From assembly GCA_964106915.2 (NCBI GenBank), contig OZ066914.1: a stretch of 64,000 nt of DNA, one strand, 5' to 3'. Origin of the DNA: Podarcis gaigeae (lineage: Eukaryota). The notes beneath the pieces were generated by a model. That model was not told where the DNA came from. It saw only the letters and a list, made by a program, of their open reading frames with translations, and searched no databases. Within the stretch, counting starts at the first letter, position 1. Each line of letters opens with the position of its first letter. The position numbers were made by a program, and so were the translations under genes. Below are positions 1-12,400 of this stretch, in pieces.

Positions 1-462
1 TGTCCAAATGCTTCACAACTCTGCCTCCGATATGCAAGATTGCCAAGCGGATGGCCCTGTTAATTTTTTCCACCGTGTAATACAACTCAAGCGAACCAGA
101 GGGAAGCCTGTCCATACATGGTCCGCTCGGATTGCCCCACCCCCACAAGCCACCGATTGGACAGTTTAAACCAGGGTTTGGCGGAAACTCCAACCAGCCC
201 AACCAGCTGGTGAGTCCCACGTGGCCTGGGGGTGCTGCGCGCCGCAAAGGGCGCCCACAGAAGGAGGTGTGAGCGTTCATTAGTGCTAAATCAGAACAAA
301 CTGCCGTCAATTCTAGTGTTTGCATTTAGCCTCCCATCACTATATATCTCAAGATTTCATTAGTTTCATAAAATGTAACTATGGTGTTCACAGTCTCAAG
401 AAAAATAAATGGAAGCTGGTTCTTTGAGTAAACCATTACTACCCAAATGAAACTTTGACATC

Positions 463-498
463 TCACTCACTCACTCACTCACTCACTCACTCACTCAC
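463..498. repeat. (TCAC)9 microsatellite
   Basis: Read directly. Confidence 0.95.
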
Positions 499-772
499 AC
501 AGTTACATGGGCAACTCCCACAGCTTTTGACCATGTAAATTCAACACCAAACCTATTGATCCATCACAAATAGACCCTATGATTGTAAAGATTATGTATG
601 GTTCCTATAGCTCTGGCAAGGGGCGTGTTCTTAGACATTTTACAGCATGAATAACTGAATGATACAATGTTTATTATATACATAATGCATGGCTCTGGCA
701 TGCAGTCGCCACTGTGAATGAATAAGCCTTTTTGCCAATTAACACTCCCCTCCCCCCCCCTTTTGTGTCTAG

Positions 773-874
773 TTATCAGAAAAACTGCAAGATACAGAAA
801 ATGAAGCTATGGCAAAGATTGTGGAACTGGAAAAACAACTCATGCAGAGGAACAAAGAACTGGATGTCGTTCGA
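773..874 (+). CDS. FMNL2: FMNL2 exon ([34 protein letters not shown])
   Basis: tctag acceptor, gtaagt donor, 102 nt, phase 0-0. Confidence 0.95.
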
Positions 875-3095
875 GTAAGTGTACTGAGTGCGGATTGTGC
901 TGCTCAGGGTGCTCAATGGATGGTCAGCCAAGTTCCTCACAAGTATGTTAGACTCTAAAAACATGGAAACTGCTAAATTCACTGTTGCCCCCACAATTGG
1001 CTACAGTTCAGTTTACTTGCAGTCTGCAGAAGTGATTTAATCCTGACGTTGGATCGATGAAGGTTTATAACACTTGGTTCCTTTCTGTGAGTCTCTTAGC
1101 CATGGAATGAGAGAACAGGAAACAAGCCGATATTCTGTCACTAGTATCTTCCAGCAGAAGTCAGGCAATCTAACCCAGAACACAATAGGATCTTATTGGC
1201 TTAAAGGATTGGGTGTGCCAATAGTACATATCATAGAGTCTTCATTACCCTAGGAAATAATTTAAACCTTTCTGATATTGCCAGTTTGTGGCCATGATTG
1301 AGGTTCCTTATCCAACTTATTAAAGGAAAACGCAGTTTGGATGAAGATAAAGTGAGAAGTGCATTTGCCGCCACCATCAAACATTGCCTGACAATGACTC
1401 AGCTGGGAATCCCATGTTATGTTGTTCGTTCAGTTTTGAGATGATTCTGCATATCAAACACATGTTGATTCTTTACCCGTGGGCTCTTTTTGCAGGAAAT
1501 ATACAAGGATGCGAACACACAGGTTCACACGCTGAGGAAAATGGTCAAAGAGAAAGAGGAAGCTATTCAACGACAGTCAACGCTGGAGAAGAAGATCCAT
1601 GAACTGGAGAAGCAAGGGTCCATTAAAATTCAGAAGAAAGGAGATGGTGATATCAACATTCTTCCTGTTGGGGTGGCTTCTGGGACATTGCCCTCAGGGG
1701 CAGAAGCTGCCACGGGCACCTGTGGAGGATCAGCTTCCGGCTCTGCACCTTCAGTTCTCTTGCCCCCTCCACCACCACCCTTGCCGTTGTCAGAATCAGA
1801 ATCGGAAGCAGGTGAGAAATGTTGCAGAAGAAATGAGATTTGCTCAACTTAAGGTAGTGGGGGTTAGCCTATCCCCCACAGTACATCAGTCCATACATGA
1901 AAGAGGCTGGGACCCAATCCAGAGAAAGCTGGATGCAGTGAATCAAGTCACACTTAAGTGTTCACTGGCTATCTAGGCATCTTACCTTAAAAATATTTAA
2001 TTACAAATTAATTCCCTCGAAATCAATATGGTCTACTCCCAAATAAATAACTTTATGATTAGACTGTTGTTGAAGTGTGCCAAACTGGCTCTGGATTACA
2101 CCCTATGTCTTCATCATCATGACAAGTTAGTGAACTTAATAATAATAAAAAGCAGTGGCAGTAATTGTTATTACTATAAGTAGTTATCACTACGACTACT
2201 ACTACTGCTAGTTGTAGTATTAGGTATATGACACAATGCAGAGTAACATAAGCATGAAAACAGAGTGATTCCCCTACCCTGAGGATTTTATCTAATCCTA
2301 TTCTCAACTTCCATCCTCTTCACTTTTTTTGCTAAACTTGCCATCTTGTGTTTGAGGTCCATTCTACACATTGCATGATTTGCAAGGGTCTGCAAAATAA
2401 CATCTATTTGGCAGCTTCTCTACTCTGCAGGCACAATGTATAGCAAAGTTCACCATGTGGATTGCCTGTAGTTGAGAGAACTCCCTTGGGGTGCGGGAGG
2501 GAGGCGGACATAGTTTGGTTGAGTACTTTAAAATGCTGTTTTGTCTTTTTCATTTCTCAGTTCAAAATGGCCCTGTGACACCGCCAATGCCTCCTCCCCC
2601 TCCCCCACCTCCTCCCCCTCCTCCCCCACCTCCTCTTCCTGGCCCAGCTGCAGAACCAGGACTGGCCCCTCCAGTCCCACCCCCACCCCCACCATCAGCG
2701 CCTCCTCTTCCAGGAACAGCCTCCCCTACAGTCGTTTTCAACTCAGGATTAGCAGGTAAGAAGCAGCCAGTGTTGCTGGTGTGCTATGGAAGTCCTATAC
2801 ACAATACAAAAAATGTCCTTAGTCAAAGAGGAATGAGTCAAAATGGATGTTATGAAAAATTGCTTAATGAATCAAGGTGTCCCAGTGCTGCAAAACCTTA
2901 GCTGCAGCAGTGAATTAAAAGCAAAATAACTTTCTAAAGAAATGACAAGAGGTAAGGTGATGGCCTATTCTCAGTGAAGGTTTGGGGAGAGGCAAATTTT
3001 TTGAAACTAAATCTGTGTGTTGTTTTGCTGCATCTTCTCAAAGGAGAGATGGTGAGCACCTGATGGAGCCAATACAAAGGTTGAACACTTAAGAG

Positions 3096-3145
<50 letters not shown>

Positions 3146-6100
3146 TTATTATTTATACCCCGCCCATCTGGCTGAGTTTCCCCAGCCACTCTGGGCGGCT
3201 CCCAATCAAGTATTAAAAACAGTACAGCGTTAAATATTAAAAACTTCCCTGAACAGGGCTGCCTTAAGATGTCTTCTGAATGTCAGGTAGTTGTTTATCT
3301 CTTTGACATCTGATGATTCCCATCCCTCCCTCACCATTCTGCAGATTATGAGTAGCTAGCATAAAAATGCTTTGATTTTATTAAACGGAGGCTTTATACA
3401 GTTGCTACAATCCCTTCATGTTATCTCACTGGTGGTGGAAAAGTGTTAGATGCCTCGCCTCAAACACTGAATCCAAATCTCCAAATTTGGGCTTCTGAAG
3501 ATAGGAGGCAGGCATCTCTCAGAAAAGTGTGAGTGGGTTTGCTAAGGAACTGAGCAAGCGATTGAATACTCGTTGGTATTTTACAGTTTAGGTCATGGAA
3601 CAATATGATAATTGCAGACTTAGAAAGCCCAGGTACTCATCCCTAATATATATATGTTTAAAAGCAGGTGTCTGGTTCTTTATTTTAAACCTTCTCTGAT
3701 ATCCCTTAAAAACAGGCAGAATTTGGATGCCTCTGTGCCATTGAGACATTTATTTGGAACAACAGTAGCTTGAAGTAGCCAAGGCTAAAGCACTCAAGTG
3801 AATGTGTGTTCCCCCTGCCCCACCTTCCTCTTCCTGCATTGAGTCCATCAACAGTTGTTCATCCTCTGATAGCAGAGGTGAACTTGGAAGATGAGAGATT
3901 CAGTTTCTGGTTCTTCAGTGGCATTGCACTGGCTGTGTAGCTCCAGCCTATTCTTCTCTCCCCCCCCCCTTCAATTTACAACCCTTGGCTTGGTTTTGTC
4001 ATTAGTCACAACCCTCTTTGCAAATCTGATGTTCATTCAGCCTGCTAATAATCTATCTATTGCCTCACTGCAATTAATACAGTTTCTGTTGACTTGAGCA
4101 CAATTTGGAAGAATTAAAAAAATCATGAATCAGGCCGGCCCATTAACATCCCTGGACAAAACTTCATTAATGAAGAAAGACCCTCAACATAGTTGGAAAA
4201 CTTAACCCCACGGTTCTGGGTTTGGTCCTGAGGCTGAATCTAGAGCCATTTTTGATGTCTTATTGAAAATGACAGCCACTGGGAACTGAAATTAATTCAG
4301 AATAGCTGGGTTTTGATCTCCTGCCTGTATATGAAGGAAATATGTTGCAGGGGGAAATCTAACAAAATAAAATAAAAAACAGCCTGGCTGGATCATGCCA
4401 ATGGCCCATGTAGTCCAGCATCCTGTTCTTACAGTGGCCAACCAGATGCCTGTTTGAAGCACACAAACAGGACCTGAATGTCACAGAACTCTCTCCTTTG
4501 GTTTCTAGCAACTGGTATTCAGAAGCATACTGCCTCCCACAGTGGAGATAGAACATCAGGATTAGTAGCCACTGACAGCCTTAGCCTCCCTGAATTTCTC
4601 TAGACCTATTTTAAAGGCATCCAAGTTGGTGGCCATCTCTGCTCCTTTTGGGAAACATATTGGATGCTTCAGGAAACGAATGCTCCACATACAGTGGTAC
4701 CACGGGTTAAGTACGTAATATGTTCCGGAGGTCCATTCTTAACCTGAAACTGTTCTTAACCTGAAGCACCACTTTAGCTAATGGGGCCTCCTGTTGCTGC
4801 CACACCTCCGGAGCACGATTTCTGTTCTCATCCTGAAGCAAAGTTCTTAACCCGAGGTAATATTTCTGGGTTAGCGGAGTCTGTAACCTGAAGCGTATGT
4901 AACCCGAGGTACCGCTGTATTGGGCTTCAGTAGTTTATTTGTTGGTAAACTAATTCTAGGTTATTGTTCTTTATGGCTTTGTTTGCAATCTTCCCATATA
5001 AATAAGTTGGGTAAAGTGTAGCTTCCACATAATACTGTTTACTGCAGAATTAATATGGTACAGGACCATCCAATAATGGATGCTACCTTTTGTTTGATAC
5101 TTAGATGAAATCTGTAGAAGGCTTTTGGTGGGCACAGGCCTCATCCATTGCTGTTCTGCTACACTAAGATAACCTCAAGTAGGAAAATGCAATTTACCTT
5201 AATGGGTGATGTTAGGTAAATACCTATTACCATGGGTAGGCTGCCCGGTCCATAAACTCTATATGCCTAAGTGCAATTGATTATTTCTATGTAGAAAAAT
5301 GATAATGTGTGAAGTGGTATTCAGGAGCCCTGATTTGTGATAATAGATTGTTCTATTAAATGACCTACATAACCATAGCTAACCTTTTTCTTATTTATTC
5401 CCTCTGCTTCCTTGTAAGATGGGCCAATCAAGCTTTTCTGTAGGTTCCTTTTTGCTGAGTATTTTAAGTACATTTTAATCTCATTTTCTGCTGTCTTCTT
5501 TTCCTGTCTTGTTAACCAAATCCATTTGTGTATCACTTTAAAAACTAGCTTGCTGTGTTGTTGCATTCTCCGAAAGGGTGGGATGTTTGTTTGACTTGTT
5601 GTGGTGCAAAAGCTCTGTTTAGGAGAATAGGGGTTTCCTAACAACTCTCCGCACCCTTAACAAGCTATACTTCTTAAGATTGATTGGGGGGAGCCATGAC
5701 TGTTTAAAGTTGTATCATTGCTGTTTTCTATGTGTGGTGTGTATGTGGCCTTGGTTTTTCCATAAAATAGAAACTCTAAGGGTATTCTAAGGCATATCAT
5801 TGCATGCAGCATTGCATCTTATGTTAGAGACTCATCAAGATCAATCACTTGGCTACCTTCAAACAGAAATATTCATAATATACCTTCCCTTCGTGATGTC
5901 ATCGCACATCCAAACAAGTGCATCTTTTAAGCAAATGAGAAGTAGCTTCAGACCATTGAGTGGATAGTGACATCATCGCATAATATCGGGCTCACTGCCT
6001 ATCAAATTGTAATTTGCAGCTCCAGTTTTGACAGCTGACAAAAGATGTGTGGAAATTTGCTTAAAATTAGTGGATGAATTTGTGGAATCTATTACAAATG

Positions 6101-9100
6101 TATCCCCAGTCTGAAATTTTGCACAAGGGGTTTGGTGCATTATAGGGGAAAGGGGGGGAGGATAGATAACAAGATATTTGGGGTGTACACATTCCCAGTC
6201 ATCATACGTGAACAATAGTGTCCTTTGGGAATGTGACTTTGCCTGTGGTAAAATTCACTAGGTATGCTTTGCTTGATGGTGGACATAACAACTGCATGTT
6301 TCCAACTTCACTTTCCTGGCTAAGTAGCTTCTTCAAAACTGGAGGAGTAAGAAGCAGGGGTTTCTTGACGGTGTGAAGCTTGCAGAAATGTTAACAATTC
6401 ACTAATTTAGTTTTAAATTCATGCTGTCAAATTGATAAACTGCTTGTTCCACTAAATAATAATACACATTGTGGCAAAATAAGCTAGGATTTTCTCTGGC
6501 AATACTTGATACTACCATTGTAGCGCAGGATTTTATCTACTGTTGCAAAGCACTGTGCATTGGAATCTGCACTATGTGTGTGTCCAGTTTCAAACTGGAG
6601 TTGGTCCTTAATGACATGAAGGTGAGGAAGGAGCTGGTTGAGTTGATTAATTAACCAAATTGCTTAAAGCTTCAGAACCAATTTAAAACTTCTGCCGCAA
6701 TTGATGTTTTCAGTGGCAAATGTTCTCTAGAATGTCATTTCCTGAATTTTATGTGCATGTCCCCTGAACTTCATGAAGATTAATGCTTACAGTGAATGAG
6801 TTACTAATTGCTGGATATTTCCAGCGATGGACATTTAATCAGCCCCCTTGGCTCTTAGGGTTAGGAAGTTTCTCCACCCCTTAGTAATTAACCTAAATTT
6901 TCCTGCTTCAGCTTATTATTCTTTGTCCACCGGTTAATGGGGAAGGCATGTCTTCAGAGCTGCTTTGGAAAATGTAGTAGACAATCACAATGAGAGATGG
7001 TCAAAGTAACAAATAATCCAAGAAATGATTGTGCTGAGACTGGAGAGCTTTCTTTTACTGTTTAAAACACAGACTCTGGATTCTTTAAATCTGCAGCGTA
7101 ATTTCCCTGGTGGCTGCTGTCAATTCCAATTGCTTATATTCAGCTTAGAGCTTCTCTTCTTGCATTTCCAAAACACCACTTGCTTGTTTAGGATTGAGGG
7201 CTCATCTACTCTTGCCTTTTGCGCTGCACTTTCTAGGCACACGTCTGCATTTTCCTGGTCTGTGACTGAGTGCTTCCCCCCACCCTTGCCGCTTTCCTCA
7301 GGAAAACCCAATCTTTACTGCTGAATTGGAGCAAGCGGCTATTAGGGTTTTCCATGAAATTGTTTTCAGTGGTAAGGAATGGGAGTTTGTGGAGGAAGGA
7401 CCAGGAAGGAAGGAAGGAAGGAAGGAAGGAAGGAAGGAAGGAAACATTTAGACACAGACCTGGAAAGATTGGACCTGTTGCTAGAAATGTGGAGCGAAGC
7501 GAAGTCTGGATGAGCCCTGAGTGAGGTTTTCAGCATGGTTATGGACTTTAAATTGGTTGTCCCAGTGAATCAGTGACACATGATGCAAATGTAACATGCA
7601 ACAACTTGGACATTTTATTGATTGATTGTCCAAACGGCCCCAGGGTGTGTTACCAAAAAATAGTATAATTAAAAGGAAATGCAAACTTTAAAATCCTAGA
7701 ATAAAACTCAAAACAACCAATGGCAAAACAGCAATCCACAGCAATACTGATCCACTCAGAAAAAAAGGCCTTTGTGAAGAGGTGCATCTTGACCAATCAC
7801 TGAAAGGCTTGCCGTAATGACACAAGACGTGCCTCAGAGTGGAGTTAATTCCACAACCTGGGGGCCAACACAGAGAAGGCCCTTTCATGCGCCACTGCCA
7901 CAAAGAATCATATAATCGTAGAGTTGGTAGGGACCCTGTGGATCATCCAGTTCAACCCCCTGCAATGCAGAAATTTCAACATGTGCCACCCCTCCACCCT
8001 CCCGGACCCTGCTTATCTTTGCAAATGCGCTAGCAGTTTTATTGCTGCATGAACCACAGAAGGAGGCAGCACTGCCAACAAGGCCTCCCCTGCTTAACAC
8101 CTGGGCAAGTTGATGTGGGAGGAGAAGCTCCTTTAGCTGTCATGACACTGATCATGCTAAATAAAGGTACAGATCACACATTTGCAATCCTAATCAACAG
8201 ATGCATGTTTGTGTGTACTCGCTTGCTTTTAAAATCTGGAAGGTGTTGTAGGTGCAACATATCACAATATTTTCCTGCTGGGAATTGGCAGTCTCCCGGC
8301 TCATGTCCATCACTCCATAAAAGTTGCTGACACCTGATGTTTCACACTTTCTAGATGCTTTGCAATAAACCTCATCCCTATCTCTTAATCTTAATTCTCA
8401 TGTGGGCATTTGGGCACCACCTTTCATGAGAGAAAAATACTATATACTCACACTTAGTTTCTTTAATGGAAATGCTGAACCAGGGAAGCCATTGAGCAAT
8501 CACCCCAGCTTCAAGTAAGGCAGAAAATGAGCTGCTCTCTACAGGAAGGGGAGCAGCTCACATCTGGAAAATGATGATGTTTTCTGTCTTTTAAATGGAG
8601 TGAGGCTAGACAGCACTCACCGGTTGGTACCTTAGTGCCCCCCTCAGAAACACCCTTTGGTTGAGTACCACTGGTGCCTTTTACACATTTAATGGAGACT
8701 GGAAACTTGAGTCATGTTTCTAAGATTTTTAGGTAAATGTAAGGCTGTTCTTCCTTAAATAGGCAACTCCACATGATTTCATCCAATAATCAGGCAATGT
8801 TCTTGTGTTGCGTTAATTTCAGTGTGGTCAGAAGAATAATAGTAGACCATCACAGGACGTAGCTAAAATCACATGGGTAAATAGAGTACAATTTTCTAGA
8901 CTTCCTATAGTGATTGAATCGTGTGTTCTCGTCAAATATAGGAAAAATAGGCACAATTGTACCAAAACATGCTTGTTCTTGTCAAACCTTTGCATGAATG
9001 ATATGCAAACCTCCTGAATTAGAGAGAGAAATTGTCTCTTCTCTTCAAGCTTTCCAGCCAGCCCAAATTTTCCCAAACACTTTACAGTATTTGTTTAGTT

Positions 9101-9371
9101 CTTGTCAGGCCTCCTCCAGTGTTGAAGTGCCATCCCCCATAAGTACTTCTGGATTGCTCAAGAGGCTTGTTGCCTTTTTCTGAAATGTGTAATTGTACTC
9201 TCTGCTTTGTTTAAAGCTGTGAAAATCAAGAAGCCAATTAAGACAAAGTTCCGCATGCCAGTTTTTAACTGGGTGGCTCTGAAACCCAATCAGATTAACG
9301 GGACAGTCTTCAATGAAATTGATGACGAAAGGATATTGGAGGTATGAGACCTGCAGATTGTGATTTGGTGT

Positions 9372-9404
<33 letters not shown>

Positions 9405-12400
9405 TTGTCTGTCTGTCTGTCTGTCTGTGTTTTGGAAGTTACTGTATCCTGTTAAAAAGCAGTCATTTTGACCTTGCATCATATTTACTTAAAGAGTTTT
9501 AAACACTCCATAGACCTCAGTAATCACTCTGTTTGATGGTCTTGTTGACATTAAGGTAACTAGAGTCCTATTCTGCTGTGCTCCGTGCAGTATTTTTGCT
9601 CTCTTGTGATGGACCAAGAAACTTTGCAGAGCATCAAAGCCTTCTCCTCGTCACACAGTCACCTATCCCTTTCCCAATGCCCTACAGCTTCTACACTTTT
9701 CATTAATTGTATTTCCCCCACTATTAGACATAGATTTCTAGACTCCTTGTTTCTGTTTGGTTTCTGTCCTAGGATTTAAATGTGGATGAATTTGAAGAAA
9801 TATTCAAGACAAAAGCCCAAGGCCCGGCCATTGATCTTTCTTCAAGCAAGCAAATAACTCAAAAGGGATCGAACAAAGTCACGCTATTGGAAGCAAACAG
9901 GGCTAAAAATCTTGCGATCACCTTAAGGAAAGCTGGAAAGACTGCAGATGAGATATGCAAAGCTATTCAGGCGTAAGTGTAAAGGCCGTTTGACAAATGT
10001 GGTTTGAGGCACGTTGTATTAGTTGTTTAGCAGTATTTCTGCAAGTTGCTTAGACCCAAGGAAGATCCTCATATGCCATTAATGCTCATATATACAGTTG
10101 ATCACCATAAAGCTGTTAAGCTGTGCACCCTTTTCTGGAGTAAGCCCGTTGGATTTTGCTTACTCTGCATATATCACAGTAACACAGGGCAGGATTCACC
10201 TAATGAATCCAGTCAGTGGAAGCCCTGAACAAAAACTTCTACTTGTGCAATGGGACTCCCTCCCCCATTACACCTCCCCTCCCAAACTGGTCTTGGGGGT
10301 TTGGGAGAACCCCCAGAACAATGTGCATTGTTCATCTGGCAAGCTGAAACGCTTGCTGTGATGGAAGGACTGCCTTTACGCAATGTTGAATTCTTTCCAT
10401 TATGAGAACTGTAAAAAGCAACTGGTGGTTTTCTGAAAAATGTTGTTCGTATTTTTCATCTATAATTCTTGTCATGCAAGGCTTTCATTTCAAGCAGCAA
10501 TTTAAACACTATTGTGAGATAAATATGGTAGCTATTAAAGGAATGGGAAAGGGCTAGGTTACCCCCCCTCTCCCCTTCACAGTGTTTGAATTGAGTCCAA
10601 GTGTCTTGAATGAAATGCAGATTGGTGTTGTGGTGTTTAGGCTGCGTCTGCAAATACTCAACTGGCAATAATAAAATGATCCAGTAAAACACTTTTAAAG
10701 TACCTGAAAGTCATAATGCTAAAAACACTTCAGTGCAATGGTCATGCTGACAGCCATTCGTTTTTAAAGTCTTGCAGAAGCTGTCTTGCAGGAATGTGCT
10801 TTGCATTTCTTTCAGAAGAGTGGAGTGCAGACTGATTTCCTGCAGTAAACCATTCTCTGTGTTTGAGATTACCACAGTGAAGGCGCTCCTTTCTCCTATA
10901 TCCTTCCACTTCCATTAATGTACAAATTCTCAGCTGAGCTTGCTGGGAGATGCTACTGAGCTGCGGGAGTACTTTCTACAGGAGGAAGCACACACCCAAA
11001 TTAAGGAGCATGAAAGGTCAAAAGCAGCATTTTGAGATTCAGTGCAAATGGCACCCTGTGTAGGCTACAAATCTCAATTAAAGGGATTTGTCTTTTTTCT
11101 GCTCCTATTTACATAAAGTTCGTTATGCTTGTTGCAATCATGTTCTTTTAGCAGCTTTAAAAATACGATTACTTGGTTTTCAGGGTACTTCCCAGAGCAA
11201 TATATAAAAAGCAACCAAGAGAGTTCTCAGTGCAGTCCTAACCATCTATATTCAGAATTTAAAAATCCCAAGTGCCGCTTCACACTTAATATGGTAATTA
11301 CTTGCTGCGATTGTACCTGGCTTACAGTGGTGTTTCCTACAGCAAATACGTAAAACGTCAGTAACTTGTGCATGTCTTTCACTTACCCATATTCAAGTAC
11401 TTAGGGACACACATCTATTCGCACTTCGCATATTGACTGCCAAAATTGCCAGTGTGAAATAAGTGTGCCCACAGTTAACATGATTATTGCATTAAGTATG
11501 CCTTGTCTGTAGAATTGATTAGTAGCTTTAATAAGATGCATTGATAGAGGAACTCAGTGAAAACAGAGCTCTGTGCCTCTTCCTTCCCTGTAAACATCTC
11601 TTCTTTTAGATATATATAAATATATATTTTTGCATCGGCCAGGTTTGATTTGAAGACTCTACCAGTGGATTTTGTCGAATGCCTGATGAGATTTTTGCCC
11701 ACGGAAAACGAAGTGAAAATGTTGCGGCTTTACGAGCGGGAGAGGAAGCCCCTTGAGAACCTCTCAGATGAGGATCGTTTCATGATGCAGTTCAGCAAGA
11801 TTGAGAGGCTGATGCAAAAGATGACCATCATGGCATTCGTTGGCAATTTTGCAGAAAGCATCCAGATGCTGACTCCAGTGAGTGAGATGGGGAGAGTAGC
11901 TCCTTCTTGAATGGAATTCCATGCTGTGGCTTATGCATGTGCTACGTTCCTTTTGGAGCAGTTACTTTATTCTAGTTGTTTAATGGGCTGAAGTTATCCC
12001 CTGCTTGATCATAGAATTGTAGAGTTGGAAGGGAACTGTGACTTGGCTCATCCAGTTAGTATTCTGTGAACCTTAATGTCTGACTAAGGCTACACATACA
12101 CAACCTGTCCCTCTTGCAGAAGCCAGTGGGTGTCCGTTTTTAGTTCACACTTGGCTTTTACAAATGTTTACATGATTTCTTGTTTTTGCCTCTAGCAACT
12201 TCATGCAATAATTGCAGCATCTGTCTCAATAAAGTCATCTCAGAAACTCAAGAAAATCCTAGAGGCAAGTGTTTATTTTGTTTATTCAATGTTGTTGTTT
12301 TTTTAAAAAAAATATTGGTGATAAAAACCCACACCCTTAAACAGTGGTCTTTAGGGGGCTATATATTTAAGTTAAAACGACCCCTTTCCTTTTTATTACA

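Noticed and set aside
1-335. CpG-containing block at the window start, possibly the end of a DNA transposon
   Set aside because: Truncated by the window edge; no partner TIR or TSD is visible, so it cannot be classified.
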